A DNA stretch of 64,000 bases from an uncultured candidatus Porisulfidus sp. GTDB lineage: Bacteria > Pseudomonadota > Gammaproteobacteria > Poriferisulfidales > Poriferisulfidaceae. Positions 63,889-64,000 of this stretch are shown piece after piece. The position numbers and the translations under genes are program-made. Every line of letters starts with the position of its first letter. Positions within the stretch are counted from its first letter, which is position 1. A model generated the notes under the pieces. That model saw only the letters and a list, made by a program, of their open reading frames with translations, did not search any database and was not told the DNA's origin. The DNA lies in the NCBI GenBank assembly GCA_965204575.1, contig OZ241993.1, positions 928,001 to 992,000 of the forward strand, given 5' to 3'.

Positions 63889-64000
63889 CAAATGGCCACC
63901 TCGATGGGAGTGATGACGATCATCAGTTCCCGGTTGGTCTTCTCCAAGGTAGAGGCGGCGAAGGCCCGGCACAGGAAGTGGTCGCAGTCCAATTGATGAG
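63888..64000 (-). CDS. Probable secretin, C-terminal end only (gene starts beyond the window)
   Basis: HQLDCDHFLCRAFAASTLEKTNRELMIVITPIEVAI*; EL.I.ITP is the secretin C-terminal signature. Confidence 0.65.
   Translation of the reverse strand, partial: HQLDCDHFLCRAFAASTLEKTNRELMIVITPIEVAI

Overview
High-GC gammaproteobacterial chromosome segment. The backbone is housekeeping: leuCD-leuB-asd-fimV-truA-trpFBA-accD-folC, amgK-murU, rpmF-plsX-fabH-uvrC-pgsA, rpsO-pnp, glnS, xseA, tRNA-fMet, pdxH-methyltransferase-rnhA-dnaQ, smpB, corC-like-fdhD, katG and rplY-pth-ychF. Accessory DNA interrupts it repeatedly. It includes several toxin-antitoxin modules (relBE, vapBC, HTH-MNT/HEPN plus a decayed second copy, an orphan higA, higBA), a single-chain type IIG-like restriction-modification gene, a ZnuD-like and a second TonB receptor, and a ferredoxin-GST-reductase-membrane protein-gloB cluster. 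It also holds decaying SDR/SRPBCC genes, a stand-alone AAA-wHTH ATPase and an autotransporter with a tandem Cache-like passenger. A compact, atypical type IV pilus operon runs off the right end. No CRISPR array, rRNA, integrase or transposase was seen. All calls come from reading motifs by eye; no database search was run.
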